From assembly GCA_964634465.1 (NCBI GenBank), contig CAZWLY010000019.1:71-64070 (forward strand): DNA of 64,000 nt. The letters run 5' to 3'. The position numbers and the translations under genes were made by a program. Source of the stretch: an uncultured Thermodesulfobacteriota bacterium. Its GTDB lineage: Bacteria; Desulfobacterota; Desulfarculia; G963662305. Each line of letters starts with the position of its first letter. Position 1 is the first letter of the stretch. Positions 38,664-48,506 of this stretch are shown here, piece by piece. The notes below the pieces were generated by a model that worked only from the letters and a program-made list of their open reading frames with translations, had not been told where the DNA came from and did not search any database.

Positions 38664-39359
38664 TCACGGCACCTGCCCCGCCTCCCAGGCCAGCTCGGCC
38701 ACGCCGGGGATGTTTTGCAGGTCGGTGGTGATCAGCCCGAAGGGGATGTCGTCCTTGGTCCGCAGAAAGAGGCGGTAGGTCACCGTGTCGTTCTTGACGT
38801 CCATGAAGTAGCTGACGAAGGTGATCTTTATGCCGGGGAACTGGTCGAGGATGTCCCGGACCTGGATCAAGCGCCGGCCCGAGCCCTCGAACTTGATCAC
38901 CAGGGTGGTGTAGGTTTCCTTTTTGACGCTGAAGTACCGGGAGGCGTAAAGGATGGCCACCGTCACCGCCGTGGTCAGGGCGGCCGGAATGACGTAGCCG
39001 GCGCCCACGGCCAGGCCGATGCCGGTCAAGAGCCACAGGGTAGCCGCCGTGGTCAGCCCCCGGACCGAGCCGCGGCCCTTGATGATCGCCCCGGCGCCGA
39101 TGAAGCCCATACCGGCGATGCCGTAGGAGGCGATTCGGCCCGGATCGAGCCTGACGGCCGACTCGGCCCCCAGGTGGCGGAAGAGCTCCTCCATGTGGAG
39201 CGAGATCATCATCAGCAGGCAGGCGCCCAGGGAGACCAGGACGTTGGTTCGAAGCCCGGCGTAGCGACCGTGGGTCTCGCGCTCCAGGCCGATCATCGCC
39301 CCCAGCAAAGCGGCGATGAGCAACCTCAACAGCTCGGTGTAATCGAAGGTCAAATCCAT
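38664..39359 (-). CDS. MgtC/SapB-family membrane protein
   Basis: IGLERE.HG..AGLRT, DPGRIA..GMGFIGAG.I, VRGLTTAATLW. Confidence 0.92.
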   Translation of the reverse strand: MDLTFDYTELLRLLIAALLGAMIGLERETHGRYAGLRTNVLVSLGACLLMMISLHMEELFRHLGAESAVRLDPGRIASYGIAGMGFIGAGAIIKGRGSVRGLTTAATLWLLTGIGLAVGAGYVIPAALTTAVTVAILYASRYFSVKKETYTTLVIKFEGSGRRLIQVRDILDQFPGIKITFVSYFMDVKNDTVTYRLFLRTKDDIPFGLITTDLQNIPGVAELAWEAGQVP

Positions 39360-39428
39360 GAGCGTTCGTCCTCGGCCCCCCACCGGCGCTCCGGAGAGGG
39401 CCGGGGACATACTAACACCGGGAGGGGC

Positions 39429-42400
39429 CTATTCGTCCAGCGTTTGTCTGACGATGCCGGCCAACTGCTCGGCGGTGAACGGTTTGGCCAGGAAGTGGGG
39501 CGAGCCGGTCAGGTCGTCTTCCCCCAACACGGCCCCGTTGGTGTAGCCGGACATGTAGACCACCTTGATGTCGCCCTTCAGCTCGGCCAGGCGCTCGGCC
39601 AGCTCCAGGCCGCCCGTACCCGGCATGACCACGTCGGTGAGGAGCAGTTGGAAGCCGAGGTTGCGCCGGCGGCACATCTTGAGGGCGTCCTCGCCGTTGG
39701 CGGCCGAGAAGATTCGATACCCCAGGGCCCCCAGCAGGTCGCAGACCAGGTCTCTGACCGAGTCGTCGTCCTCGACCACCAGAATCGTCTCCGTTCCGCC
39801 GGGCAACTTCAGGTCGCGGATGTCTTCTTCTTCCCGGACGTCGTAGTCGGCGGCGAAGGGCAGGTAGATGCTGAACCTGGCGCCCTGCCCCGGCCGGGAC
39901 CAGACGGTGATGTGGCCGCCGGACTGCTTGATGATGCCGTAGACCACGGAGAGGCCCAGGCCGGTGCCTTTTCCCTTCTCCTTGGTGGTGAAGAAGGGTT
40001 CGAAGAGGTGGGAGATAGTCTCTTCGTCCATGCCGTGGCCGGTGTCGGTCACGGTCAGAACAACGTACTCGCCCGGCGACAGCCCGATCGTCCGGGCTCC
40101 GGCCTCCTCCAAGCGGACGATCGAGGTCTCGATGGAGATGCGGCCGCCGGAATCGACGGCGTCCCGGACGTTGACCACCAGGTTCATGATCACCTGCTCG
40201 ATCTGGCTCGGATCGGCCAGCACCGGGGCCGGCGTCTCGACCGGCGAAAAAGTCAGCTCGACGATCTCGCCGATGAGCCTTCGTAGCATGTCCTGCATGC
40301 CGGCCACGACCTTGTTGAGATCGAAGGTTCGGGGCTTGAGCACCTGGCGGCGGGAGAAGGCCAGCAACTGGCTGGTCAAGGCCGCGGCGCGCTGGCCGGC
40401 GGCTTTGATCTCTTCCACGTGGCGGATCAGGGGGCTGTCTTTGTCGAGGCGGGTCAGTAACAGGTCGGTGTAACCGGTGATGGCGGTCAAGAGGTTGTTG
40501 AAGTCGTGGGCCACGCCCCCGGCCAGGCGGCCGATGGCTTCTTGCTTCTGCGATTCCCGAAGTTGCTCTTCCAGGCGGACCCGCTCCGTGTCGTCGAAGA
40601 GATAAGCCCTGATCTCGGTCAGGCAGCCGGCCTCGTCGAACTCGGCGTTGAGGTTCTGGACCACGTGGAGCGTCTGGCCGTCCAGGCCGACGAGTTGGGC
40701 CTCGTGATAACTCACCCGGCCCTCTTTGACGACCCGTTCGACCAGCGCGTCGTAGTCCTCTCGGGACGGATAAAAGGCGGCGAAGTCGACGCCCTTGGCC
40801 TCCCGGGTGGACTTGAAGCCGAAGATTCGGGTGAAGGCCTGGTTGCAGTCCACCACCCGGCCTTCGGGCGAGAGGATGACGTCGGCGGTCAAGTCTTCCT
40901 CGAAGAGCAGCCGAAGCCGCTCCTCGCTCTCCCGGAGCGCCTCCTCGCTCCACTTTCGCTGCAGGGCGCCGGCCACGATCTCGCCGACGATCTTCAAGGC
41001 CACGATATCGACCTTGGCCCACTCCTTCTCGTTGTGGACACTGTCGAAGCCGAGGAAACCGATGGTTCGCTCGCCTTGAATCAGGGGCACGTTCAAGAGC
41101 GAGACGATGCCTTGCCCCTCCAGGAATTCCCGCAGTCCGGCGGCCTTGGGCGGGATGTCGTCCAGGGTCGAGAGGTGGATCACCTCCCGGCGGCGAATCG
41201 CCTGGACGAGAAGGTCTGTCGCGGGCAGGTCCTGCAGCTTGTCTTTTTGCGGTTCCACGCCCTCGGCGCACCACTCGTGGGTGTTGGACATTCTCCGGCC
41301 GTCTTCGGAAAAGAGGAAGATGTAACTTCGATCGACCTCGCAGAAGCGCCCGATGACGGCCAGGGCGTCGTCGAGGGCGTCGTCGATTTGATCGGCGCTC
41401 AGCTCGATGAAGCCGGTGGACAGCGAGGCGATCAGCTCGTCCAGCCTGGCCCGGTGGGCCAGCGCCTCCTCCATCAACTTGCGCTCGGTCATGTCCCGGC
41501 CGTTGAGGACGAGGCCGCCCACGGCCGGGTCGTTGAGGAGGTTGGTGGCGATGACGCCGAGGATCCGCCAGTCGCCCCGGCGGTGTCTGAGGCGCATCTC
41601 GGTGTAGACCGCCTCGCCGGGTCGCGCCAGGAGTTCGTTGAAGTCATGCTCGACCAATTCGACGTCGTCCGGGTGGACGAAGGAGGTCGCCTTCCGGCCG
41701 ATCAGACGCTCCGGGTCATGACCCAGCAACCGCTCCACCGACGGACTGGCGTAGAGAATCACGCCGGCGGCGTCGAGAACCACGGTGATGTCCATGGCGT
41801 TTTCAATGAGCGAGCGGAAATGGGCCTCGCTGCGCTTGACGGCGTCGTAGAGAGCGTTCAATTGGGCGGTCATCTGGTTGAAGGTTCGGGCCAGGGTTCC
41901 GACTTCGTCATCGGTCAACTGGGGTACGGTCTGGGTCAGTTCGCCGCCGGCGACCTTCTGGGCGGCCTCGGTGATGGTCTTGATCGGGCCGACTATCTTT
42001 CGGGCGATGAAGGAGACGCCGACGGCCAGCAGGCCGATGGCGGCCAGGCCGATCAAGCCGATGGTCCAGGCCAGGCGTCGAGCCGGGGCCATGGCCTCGC
42101 CGCGGCCCATCTCGACGACGAGGGCCACGTCCCAGTTCTCCAGCCAGCGGTAGACGCCGATGACCGGCTCGCCCCGGTAGTTGGTGTAGCTCCCTTGCCC
42201 GTCGACGCCTTCGAGAGCCCGCTCGATGGCCCAGGAGTGAGCGCCCCTGGGCTGAGCGCCCCGGCCTCGCCGACGATCGGACAGGATGACGTTGAACTGG
42301 TCGACCAGGTAGGATTCGCCGGTCAACCCGGTCCCGGTCCGTTCCAGGATGAGCTCGTCGAGATGGTCGAGATCGAGATGGGCGGCCAGGACGCCGAAAC

Positions 42401-42953
42401 GCCGGCCGTGGCCGTCCAACAGCGGCGTGGCCACGGTCATCCTGGGCGAGCCGTCTTCGGGCGAGGGGTAGACCGTCTGGGTGTAGGTCGCCTCCCGGCC
42501 GCGGAGAAAATAGGTGGTCGCCACCTGGTAGAGCCCCTGGCGGGTCTCGTCGGTGGAGAGTATCACCTGGCCGTCGGGGTCGGTCAGGATGAAGATTTCC
42601 TTCAGGCCGTCGTGACCGGCCAGAAGGGTGTCGAGCAGCTTGGAGAGTTGGGCGCGGGCCGTTCTGATCCGGGGCAGATAGGGGTCGTCTTGGAGCAACA
42701 CCTTGGCCCGGCTCAAGACCTCCTCCAGCCGGGCGATCATGATGACGATCTCGCGTTGCCGGCGGAAAAAGCGGTCCAGCACCGCCTCCTGGTGATCGGC
42801 CACGGCGTTTAAGCGCTGAAGGATAGAGCGTTCGAGGCCGGCTTCGCCTTTCAAAAGGGCCAGGAAACACATCGAGCCGACGATGATCAGCGACAGCAGT
42901 AAAAAAGAGCCGACCAGTCGGGCCATGAGGCTGGTGCGCCAGAAGCTGATCAT
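39429..42953 (-). CDS. Hybrid histidine kinase (Cache-HAMP-PAS-GAF-PAS-HisKA-HATPase-REC)
   Basis: Two TM segments, GVAHDFNNLL, FFTTKEKGKGTGLGL, LLTDVVMPG, MSGY, LAKPF. Confidence 0.93.
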   Translation of the reverse strand: MISFWRTSLMARLVGSFLLLSLIIVGSMCFLALLKGEAGLERSILQRLNAVADHQEAVLDRFFRRQREIVIMIARLEEVLSRAKVLLQDDPYLPRIRTARAQLSKLLDTLLAGHDGLKEIFILTDPDGQVILSTDETRQGLYQVATTYFLRGREATYTQTVYPSPEDGSPRMTVATPLLDGHGRRFGVLAAHLDLDHLDELILERTGTGLTGESYLVDQFNVILSDRRRGRGAQPRGAHSWAIERALEGVDGQGSYTNYRGEPVIGVYRWLENWDVALVVEMGRGEAMAPARRLAWTIGLIGLAAIGLLAVGVSFIARKIVGPIKTITEAAQKVAGGELTQTVPQLTDDEVGTLARTFNQMTAQLNALYDAVKRSEAHFRSLIENAMDITVVLDAAGVILYASPSVERLLGHDPERLIGRKATSFVHPDDVELVEHDFNELLARPGEAVYTEMRLRHRRGDWRILGVIATNLLNDPAVGGLVLNGRDMTERKLMEEALAHRARLDELIASLSTGFIELSADQIDDALDDALAVIGRFCEVDRSYIFLFSEDGRRMSNTHEWCAEGVEPQKDKLQDLPATDLLVQAIRRREVIHLSTLDDIPPKAAGLREFLEGQGIVSLLNVPLIQGERTIGFLGFDSVHNEKEWAKVDIVALKIVGEIVAGALQRKWSEEALRESEERLRLLFEEDLTADVILSPEGRVVDCNQAFTRIFGFKSTREAKGVDFAAFYPSREDYDALVERVVKEGRVSYHEAQLVGLDGQTLHVVQNLNAEFDEAGCLTEIRAYLFDDTERVRLEEQLRESQKQEAIGRLAGGVAHDFNNLLTAITGYTDLLLTRLDKDSPLIRHVEEIKAAGQRAAALTSQLLAFSRRQVLKPRTFDLNKVVAGMQDMLRRLIGEIVELTFSPVETPAPVLADPSQIEQVIMNLVVNVRDAVDSGGRISIETSIVRLEEAGARTIGLSPGEYVVLTVTDTGHGMDEETISHLFEPFFTTKEKGKGTGLGLSVVYGIIKQSGGHITVWSRPGQGARFSIYLPFAADYDVREEEDIRDLKLPGGTETILVVEDDDSVRDLVCDLLGALGYRIFSAANGEDALKMCRRRNLGFQLLLTDVVMPGTGGLELAERLAELKGDIKVVYMSGYTNGAVLGEDDLTGSPHFLAKPFTAEQLAGIVRQTLDE

Positions 42954-43008
42954 CCTTGAGAGGCCTTTACTCCTATTGGTTCGGTCTGTTTGTTTGCTCG
43001 GAGCGGGT

Positions 43009-44208
43009 TTAAGGGCCGATCCGCTTGAAGAAAGCGACTCGTTTGTCCTTTATTTGACAGATCACCGCGCCCTTGATCGGGTCGCCGTTTTTCTTGTACT
43101 CGATCACGCCGGTGACCCCCATGAACGGGCCGAGCCGCTTCAGCCCCCGGTTGATCGACTCGGCGTCGGCCTTGTCCTGCTCGGCGATGGCCGCCAGCAG
43201 GAGGCCCATGGCGTCGTAGGTCAGGGCGGCCATGCTCACCAGCGGTTCGGCGTCGCCGTAGGCGGCGCGGTAGGCCTTGATGAACTCCCGGGCCTTGTCG
43301 TTGGCGACGTCCGGGTGCCAGTGATCGCTGAAGAAAGCCCCGGCCAAGTAGGGACTCGAAGCCAGGTCGTAGTTCCAGCCGTCGCTGCCCAGGATGACCG
43401 CCTCGATCCCCATGGTCCGGGCCTGTTCGGCTTGCCGAAGGACGTCTTGGGCGTAATTGGGCAGGAACAACACGTCGGGTCGGGCGGCCTTTATCCGGGT
43501 CAGTTGGGCGGTGAAGTCGGTGGCGCCGGTAGTGTAGCTCTCGAAGGCGACCACGTGGCCGCCGCCGGTCAGAAAGGCGTCCTTGAAGATTTCGGCGATG
43601 CCCCGGTTGTAGGCGCTGGCCACGTCGTAGAGCACCGCCGCCCGCCTGGCGCCCAGGTCTTCGAGGGCGAACCTGGCCACCACCCGACCCTGGAAGGAGT
43701 CGACGAAGGTCACCCGGCGGACATACTTCTTTCCGGCCGTGGTCAGCGGGTTGGTCGAGCCGGGCGAGATCATGGGGACGCGAGATCTTTCGGCTATCGC
43801 GGCCACCGGGATGGCGTTTTTCGACCAGTTGGGCCCGATGAGGGCGACCACGTTTTCCTGGTTGATGAGTCGCTTGGCCGCCTTGACGGCCTCCTCGGGC
43901 TGGCCGCGGTCGTTGCCGGTCACCAGCACCAATTTTCGCTTGACTCCGGCTACGCTCAGGCCGCCGGCCCGGTTGACTTGATCGATGGCCAGTTTGGCCG
44001 CGGCCGCCGCGGCCCGGCCGCTTTCGTTGTCGATGTTGGCAATCAGCCCGATGCGGATCTCCGGCGGAGGTTGGGGCGGAGACGAGCAGCCGATCGTTCC
44101 GGTGAGGGCCAGCCCGGCCAGGAGAAGCGCACCGCCCAACCGGCGAAACGCCGCGCCGACGCTCGTCCAATGATCGCGGTGCCCGGCAGACAAATCGACC
44201 CCCCCCAA
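43009..44208 (-). CDS. LivJ-type (branched-chain amino acid) periplasmic binding lipoprotein; start uncertain
   Basis: Lipobox TIGC, PMISPGSTNP, FVDSFQG, DFTAQLTRIK, LGSDGW, LTYDA, GVTG. Confidence 0.88.
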   Translation of the reverse strand: MGGVDLSAGHRDHWTSVGAAFRRLGGALLLAGLALTGTIGCSSPPQPPPEIRIGLIANIDNESGRAAAAAAKLAIDQVNRAGGLSVAGVKRKLVLVTGNDRGQPEEAVKAAKRLINQENVVALIGPNWSKNAIPVAAIAERSRVPMISPGSTNPLTTAGKKYVRRVTFVDSFQGRVVARFALEDLGARRAAVLYDVASAYNRGIAEIFKDAFLTGGGHVVAFESYTTGATDFTAQLTRIKAARPDVLFLPNYAQDVLRQAEQARTMGIEAVILGSDGWNYDLASSPYLAGAFFSDHWHPDVANDKAREFIKAYRAAYGDAEPLVSMAALTYDAMGLLLAAIAEQDKADAESINRGLKRLGPFMGVTGVIEYKKNGDPIKGAVICQIKDKRVAFFKRIGP

Positions 44209-44636
44209 GGTGAGCCCAGAAGCGACGGATCGCTTGCGGTTATCGCAACGACCGCCCCCTCTTCAATTGTAGCCCAGTTTTTGCCTTTCGCTTCTTGCTC
44301 GCCCCACAATGACGCCGAAGCTTGAATATATAATAACCGATTCGCAGGCCAGAGAAAACCGGGTTCGGGGCGCTTGGTTCGGGACCGGGAGGTGCAGTGC
44401 AGGCCAAGCGCCGTCGAGGTCGAGCCGCCGCCGGCCGGACGAGAGCGGCGAGGGTTCCTGGCGACGCCGGATTCGGATCGGGTCGGATTCGACCCTCAAG
44501 GGCGCAACCACACCATGTTGTGGTCGTTTCCGCGGCGAGGCCTAGCCGGCGATTCTCCTTGACATCGTTTTTTGCTATGGTCTACTTTATCTGCTCGTAT
44601 TGGGTGAATGGCCTGTCATCTTTTGGGCCGGAGCCT

Positions 44637-44654
44637 GTGTTCAATATTTCACGA
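44637..44654. promoter_or_regulatory. Candidate Rex operator upstream of the acs operon
   Basis: GTGTTCAATATTTCACGA matches 14/18 of TCGTGAAATATTTCACGA, the deltaproteobacterial Rex-type palindrome as I recall it. A TTGACA lies at 44559. Confidence 0.4.
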
Positions 44655-44713
44655 TCACGGCGCCAGCGTCCGTGATCGGTCGGTGTGGATCTTCGATAAG
44701 GAGGGGCGCTGAA

Positions 44714-46267
44714 GTGGCCTTTGAGATCCCGACTATCAATTATTCCGGCGCCATCGAGAAGGTGGTGCTTGGTCAGGGCGAGAAGGCCCTGACCCTTGGT
44801 GGTGAGAATTGCTACCCCTTCCACGACTGGGAGGGCGAACTGCCCAACCGGCCGGTGATCGGCATGGAGGTCTGGGACGTCGAGCCCGAGGACTGGCCGG
44901 CCTGGCTGACCGAGCCCTTCGAGGGCGTGCTGGGCGATCCGGTCGCCTGGGCCAAGAAGTGCGTCGAGTTCGGGGCCGAGTTCATCTGCCTGAGTCTGGT
45001 CTCGACCGATCCCAACGACCAGGACGCCGACCCCGAGTCGGCCGCCAAGACGGCGGTCAAGGTGGTCGAGGCGGTGGACGTGCCGGTGGTGGTCTGGGGT
45101 ACGGCCAATCCCGACAAGGACGCCGCGGTCCTGGCCGCCGTGGCCGAGGCCTGCCAGGATTATGATTTGAGCCTGGGGCCGGTCGAAGAGAAAAACCACA
45201 AGCAGGTCGGCGCCCAGGCGCTGGCTTACAAGCACGCCATCATCGCCAATAGCCCCATCGACGTCAACCTGGCCAAACAACTGAACATTCTCTTGGGTAA
45301 CCTCGGAGTGGGTCTGGACAAGATCGTCATCGATCCGACCACCGGCTCCCTGGGCTACGGCATGGAGTACTGCTACTCGGTCATGGAGCGGATCAGGATG
45401 GCCGCACTGACTCAGGACGACGACAAGCTGGTTTCGCCCATCATCAACGTCGTCGGCCCCGAGGTCTGGAAGGCCAAAGAGGCCAAGCTGGGCGCCGACG
45501 AGGCCCCCGAGCTGGGCGATCCCTTCGCCCGGGCGGTGCTGATGGAGGCCATCACCGCCGCGTCGATGCTTTTGGCCGGCAGCGACATGCTGGTCTTGCG
45601 CCATCCGGAGACGGTCAAGCTGATCAACGCCTACCTCGACCTGATGATCGACGGCGGCGCTTCCAAGGCCGCCGAGCGCCGGCCCGGCGACACGGCCGCG
45701 CCCGAGGCCGAGGCCGCTCCCAGGGAGGAGGCCGCGGTGGCCGAGGCCAAGCCCAAGCCCAAGCCGGCCGCCAAGAAGGCCGCTCCCAAGAAGCCCGAGA
45801 AGAAGGCCGCGCCGAAAGCCGAAGCCAAGCCGGCTCCGGCCAAGAAAGAGCCCGGGAAGAAGCCCGAAGAAGCCAAGGCGGCCGAGGAGGCCAAAGCGGC
45901 TGAAGAGGCCAAGGCGGCTGAAGAGGCGAGGGCCAAGGCGGAAGCCGAAGCCAAGGCCAAGGCCGAGGCCGAGGCCAAGGCGGCCGAGGAGGCCAAGGCC
46001 AAGGCCGAAGCCGAAGCCAAGGCCAAGGCCGAGGCCGAGGCCAAAGCCAAGGCGGAAGCCGAAGCCAAAGCCAAGGCCGAAGCCAAGGCCAAGGCGGAAG
46101 AGGAGCTGGAGGCCTTGAGGGCCAAGCGCCGGGCCGAGCGCATGAAGGCGCTCGAGGAGAGAGGGGAAGCCGGTCCGGAGATTCCCAAGACGGCGGCCGC
46201 CGAGCAGTTGCCGCGTCTGGTCAAGATGGCCAGGCAGCTCGATCGGGTCCATCGTCGCAACCGGTAA
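44714..46267 (+). CDS. acsD: Corrinoid Fe-S protein small subunit with a long Ala/Glu/Lys/Pro-rich C-terminal extension
   Basis: AAGGAGG + GTG 44714; SPIDVNLAKQLN, IDPTTG.LGYG.EY, MERIR.AAL, LRHP; then about 200 aa of low-complexity tail. Confidence 0.93.
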   Translation: MAFEIPTINYSGAIEKVVLGQGEKALTLGGENCYPFHDWEGELPNRPVIGMEVWDVEPEDWPAWLTEPFEGVLGDPVAWAKKCVEFGAEFICLSLVSTDPNDQDADPESAAKTAVKVVEAVDVPVVVWGTANPDKDAAVLAAVAEACQDYDLSLGPVEEKNHKQVGAQALAYKHAIIANSPIDVNLAKQLNILLGNLGVGLDKIVIDPTTGSLGYGMEYCYSVMERIRMAALTQDDDKLVSPIINVVGPEVWKAKEAKLGADEAPELGDPFARAVLMEAITAASMLLAGSDMLVLRHPETVKLINAYLDLMIDGGASKAAERRPGDTAAPEAEAAPREEAAVAEAKPKPKPAAKKAAPKKPEKKAAPKAEAKPAPAKKEPGKKPEEAKAAEEAKAAEEAKAAEEARAKAEAEAKAKAEAEAKAAEEAKAKAEAEAKAKAEAEAKAKAEAEAKAKAEAKAKAEEELEALRAKRRAERMKALEERGEAGPEIPKTAAAEQLPRLVKMARQLDRVHRRNR

Positions 46268-46278
46268 GGAGGCTTCCC

Positions 46279-46401
46279 ATGGCCAAGAAGACCAGCAAGG
46301 CTAAGGCGGTCAAGAAGAAAGCGACTCCGGCCGAGGTTCAAATGAGCCTGGCCGACAAGTTGGCCGCCAACCTTGAGAGAGTCCACCGGCGCAACCGGTA
46401 A
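46279..46401 (+). CDS. Unannotated 40-aa protein MAKKTSKAKAVKKKATPAEVQMSLADKLAANLERVHRRNR
   Basis: AAGGAGG RBS (46266-46272). Its C-terminus matches the AcsD C-terminus LDRVHRRNR while using different codons. Confidence 0.8.
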   Translation: MAKKTSKAKAVKKKATPAEVQMSLADKLAANLERVHRRNR

Positions 46402-46407
46402 TGTAAG

Positions 46408-46432
46408 ACGGGGCCCTTAGAGCCCCGTTTTT
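46408..46432 (+). terminator. Intra-operon hairpin with U-tract between the small ORF and cooS
   Basis: ACGGGGC-CCTTAGA-GCCCCGT-TTTT. Confidence 0.55.
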
Positions 46433-46454
46433 CCCAGAAGGGAGGAGGACTTTA

Positions 46455-48470
46455 ATGGCGGAAGAGAAAAAGGCTGCTGCTGAAGCGGCTAAGCCTAAAG
46501 CTAAGAGGCCAGTGGATCAGCTCACCGTCGATCCGGCGACCAAAGAGATGATTCTCAAGTCCCGGGCCGAAAATATCGAGACCATTTTCGACCGGGCCGA
46601 GACCATCAAGCCCTGCCCCATCGGCGCCACCGGCATCTGCTGCAAGATGTGCGCCCAGGGGCCGTGTCGGATCACGGCCAAGAACCCGATCGGCATGTGC
46701 GGCGCCACCCCCGAGACCATCGCCGCCCGCAACTTCGCCCGGATGGTGGCCGCCGGCGCGGCCGCTCACTCCGATCACGGTCGCGGCGTGGCCGAGACCT
46801 TCCTGGCCGCCGCCAGGCGGGAGACCAGCGACTACACCATCAAGGACGAGCTCAAACTGCGCGAGATCGCTCCCTACTTCGGCGTCGATATCACCGTCAC
46901 CGACGAAGAGGGCAACGAGCTGGATCGCGACATGTGGGAGATCGCCGAGGAGGTCGGCGTCAAGGCCCTGGCCGAGTGGGGCCGGCAGGAGGGCGAAATC
47001 GCCTACGCCAAGCGCGCGCCCGAGGCCCGCTACGAGCTGTGGCAGAAGCTGGACGTCGTTCCCCGGGGCGTCGACCGCGAGATAGTCGAGATCATGCACC
47101 GGACCCACATGGGCGTCGATCAGGACTACAAGAACCTGATCAAGCAGTGCTCCAGGGCCGCCCTGGCCGACGGCTGGGCCGGCTCGATGATCGCCACCGA
47201 CCTCCAGGACATCATGTTCGGCACGCCCTACCCCAACCAGGGCAACATCAACCTGGGCTGCCTGGAGGAGAACTCGGTCAACATCATCGTCCACGGCCAC
47301 GAGCCGCTTCTCTCCGAGATGATCGTCATCGCCGCCCAGGATCCGGAGATGGTCGAGTACGCCAAGGAGAAGGGCGCCGACGGCATCGTCCTGGCCGGGA
47401 TGTGCTGCACCGCCAACGAGATCCTGCAGCGCCACGGCGTGCCCATCGCCGGCAACTATCTCCAGCAGGAACTGGCCCTGATCACCGGTGCGGTGGACGC
47501 GATGGTGGTCGATGTCCAGTGCATCATGGAGAACCTGGCCAACATCGCCCAGTGCTACCACACCAAGATCATCACCACCAACCCGCGGGCGATGATCGCC
47601 TCCGGCGAGACGCTGCACATCGAGTTCGACGAGCATCACGCCCTTGAAGACGCCAAGCGCATCGTCAAGGAGGCCATCGACAACTTTGGCAATCGCAAGG
47701 CCGAGGTGATGATCCCCAATTACAAGGAGCGCCAGGTGGTCGGCTTCTCGGTCGAGGCCATCAACTACCACCTGGGCGGCACCTTCCGCGGTTCGTTCGT
47801 GCCCTTGAACGACAACATCATGAACGGCCGCATCAGGGGCATTGCCGGCGTGGTCGGCTGCAACAACGCCCGGACCCTGCACGACAACGCCCACCTGACC
47901 TTGATCAAAGAACTGTTGAAGAAAGACGTCATCGTGCTCACCACCGGCTGCTCGGCCATGGCCTGCGGCAAGGCCGGTCTCCTGACCCCCGAGGCAGCCC
48001 ACGTCTACTGCGGCGCCGGGCTGGCCGAGGTCTGCGAGACGGTCGGCATCCCGCCGGTGTTGCACATGGGCTCTTGCGTGGACAACTCCCGCATCCTTTT
48101 GGCCGCCACGGAGGTGGTCAAGGCCGGCGGATTGGGCAAGGACATCTCCGACCTGCCCGCGGCCGGATGCGCTCCCGAGTGGATGAGTGAGAAGGCTATC
48201 TCCATTGGCCACTACTTCGTCGCCTCGGGCGTCTACACCGTCTTCGGCGTCCACCTGCCGGTCACCGGCGCCCCGGTCTTCCAGGATTATCTGTTCAAGG
48301 GCCTGGAGAGCGTCTACGGCGGGATGTGGGATCTGGTGGAAGACCCCTACGAGATGGCCCGAAAGATGATCGCCCACATTGACAAGAAGCGCGCCGCCCT
48401 GGGTCTGGACAAGGGCAAAGAGCGGGTGCTCATGGATATGGCCGACCGGCAGAAGCTGGACGCTGCTTAA
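46455..48470 (+). CDS. cooS: Anaerobic Ni-CO dehydrogenase catalytic subunit
   Basis: CCKMCAQGPC, AAHSDHGR, VHGHEP, GMCCTANE, DVQC, GCNN, HMGSCVDNSR, MSEKA. Confidence 0.97.
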   Translation: MAEEKKAAAEAAKPKAKRPVDQLTVDPATKEMILKSRAENIETIFDRAETIKPCPIGATGICCKMCAQGPCRITAKNPIGMCGATPETIAARNFARMVAAGAAAHSDHGRGVAETFLAAARRETSDYTIKDELKLREIAPYFGVDITVTDEEGNELDRDMWEIAEEVGVKALAEWGRQEGEIAYAKRAPEARYELWQKLDVVPRGVDREIVEIMHRTHMGVDQDYKNLIKQCSRAALADGWAGSMIATDLQDIMFGTPYPNQGNINLGCLEENSVNIIVHGHEPLLSEMIVIAAQDPEMVEYAKEKGADGIVLAGMCCTANEILQRHGVPIAGNYLQQELALITGAVDAMVVDVQCIMENLANIAQCYHTKIITTNPRAMIASGETLHIEFDEHHALEDAKRIVKEAIDNFGNRKAEVMIPNYKERQVVGFSVEAINYHLGGTFRGSFVPLNDNIMNGRIRGIAGVVGCNNARTLHDNAHLTLIKELLKKDVIVLTTGCSAMACGKAGLLTPEAAHVYCGAGLAEVCETVGIPPVLHMGSCVDNSRILLAATEVVKAGGLGKDISDLPAAGCAPEWMSEKAISIGHYFVASGVYTVFGVHLPVTGAPVFQDYLFKGLESVYGGMWDLVEDPYEMARKMIAHIDKKRAALGLDKGKERVLMDMADRQKLDAA

Positions 48471-48506
48471 TTAGCGGGCTCGCCTGCCACGAAGGGAGGT
48501 TTATCG

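Noticed and set aside
45860-46110. GCCAAGGC(C/G)GA repeats as a CRISPR-like or non-coding array
   Set aside because: They are degenerate codon-level repeats encoding EAKAKAEA in the AcsD tail, with no unique spacers.
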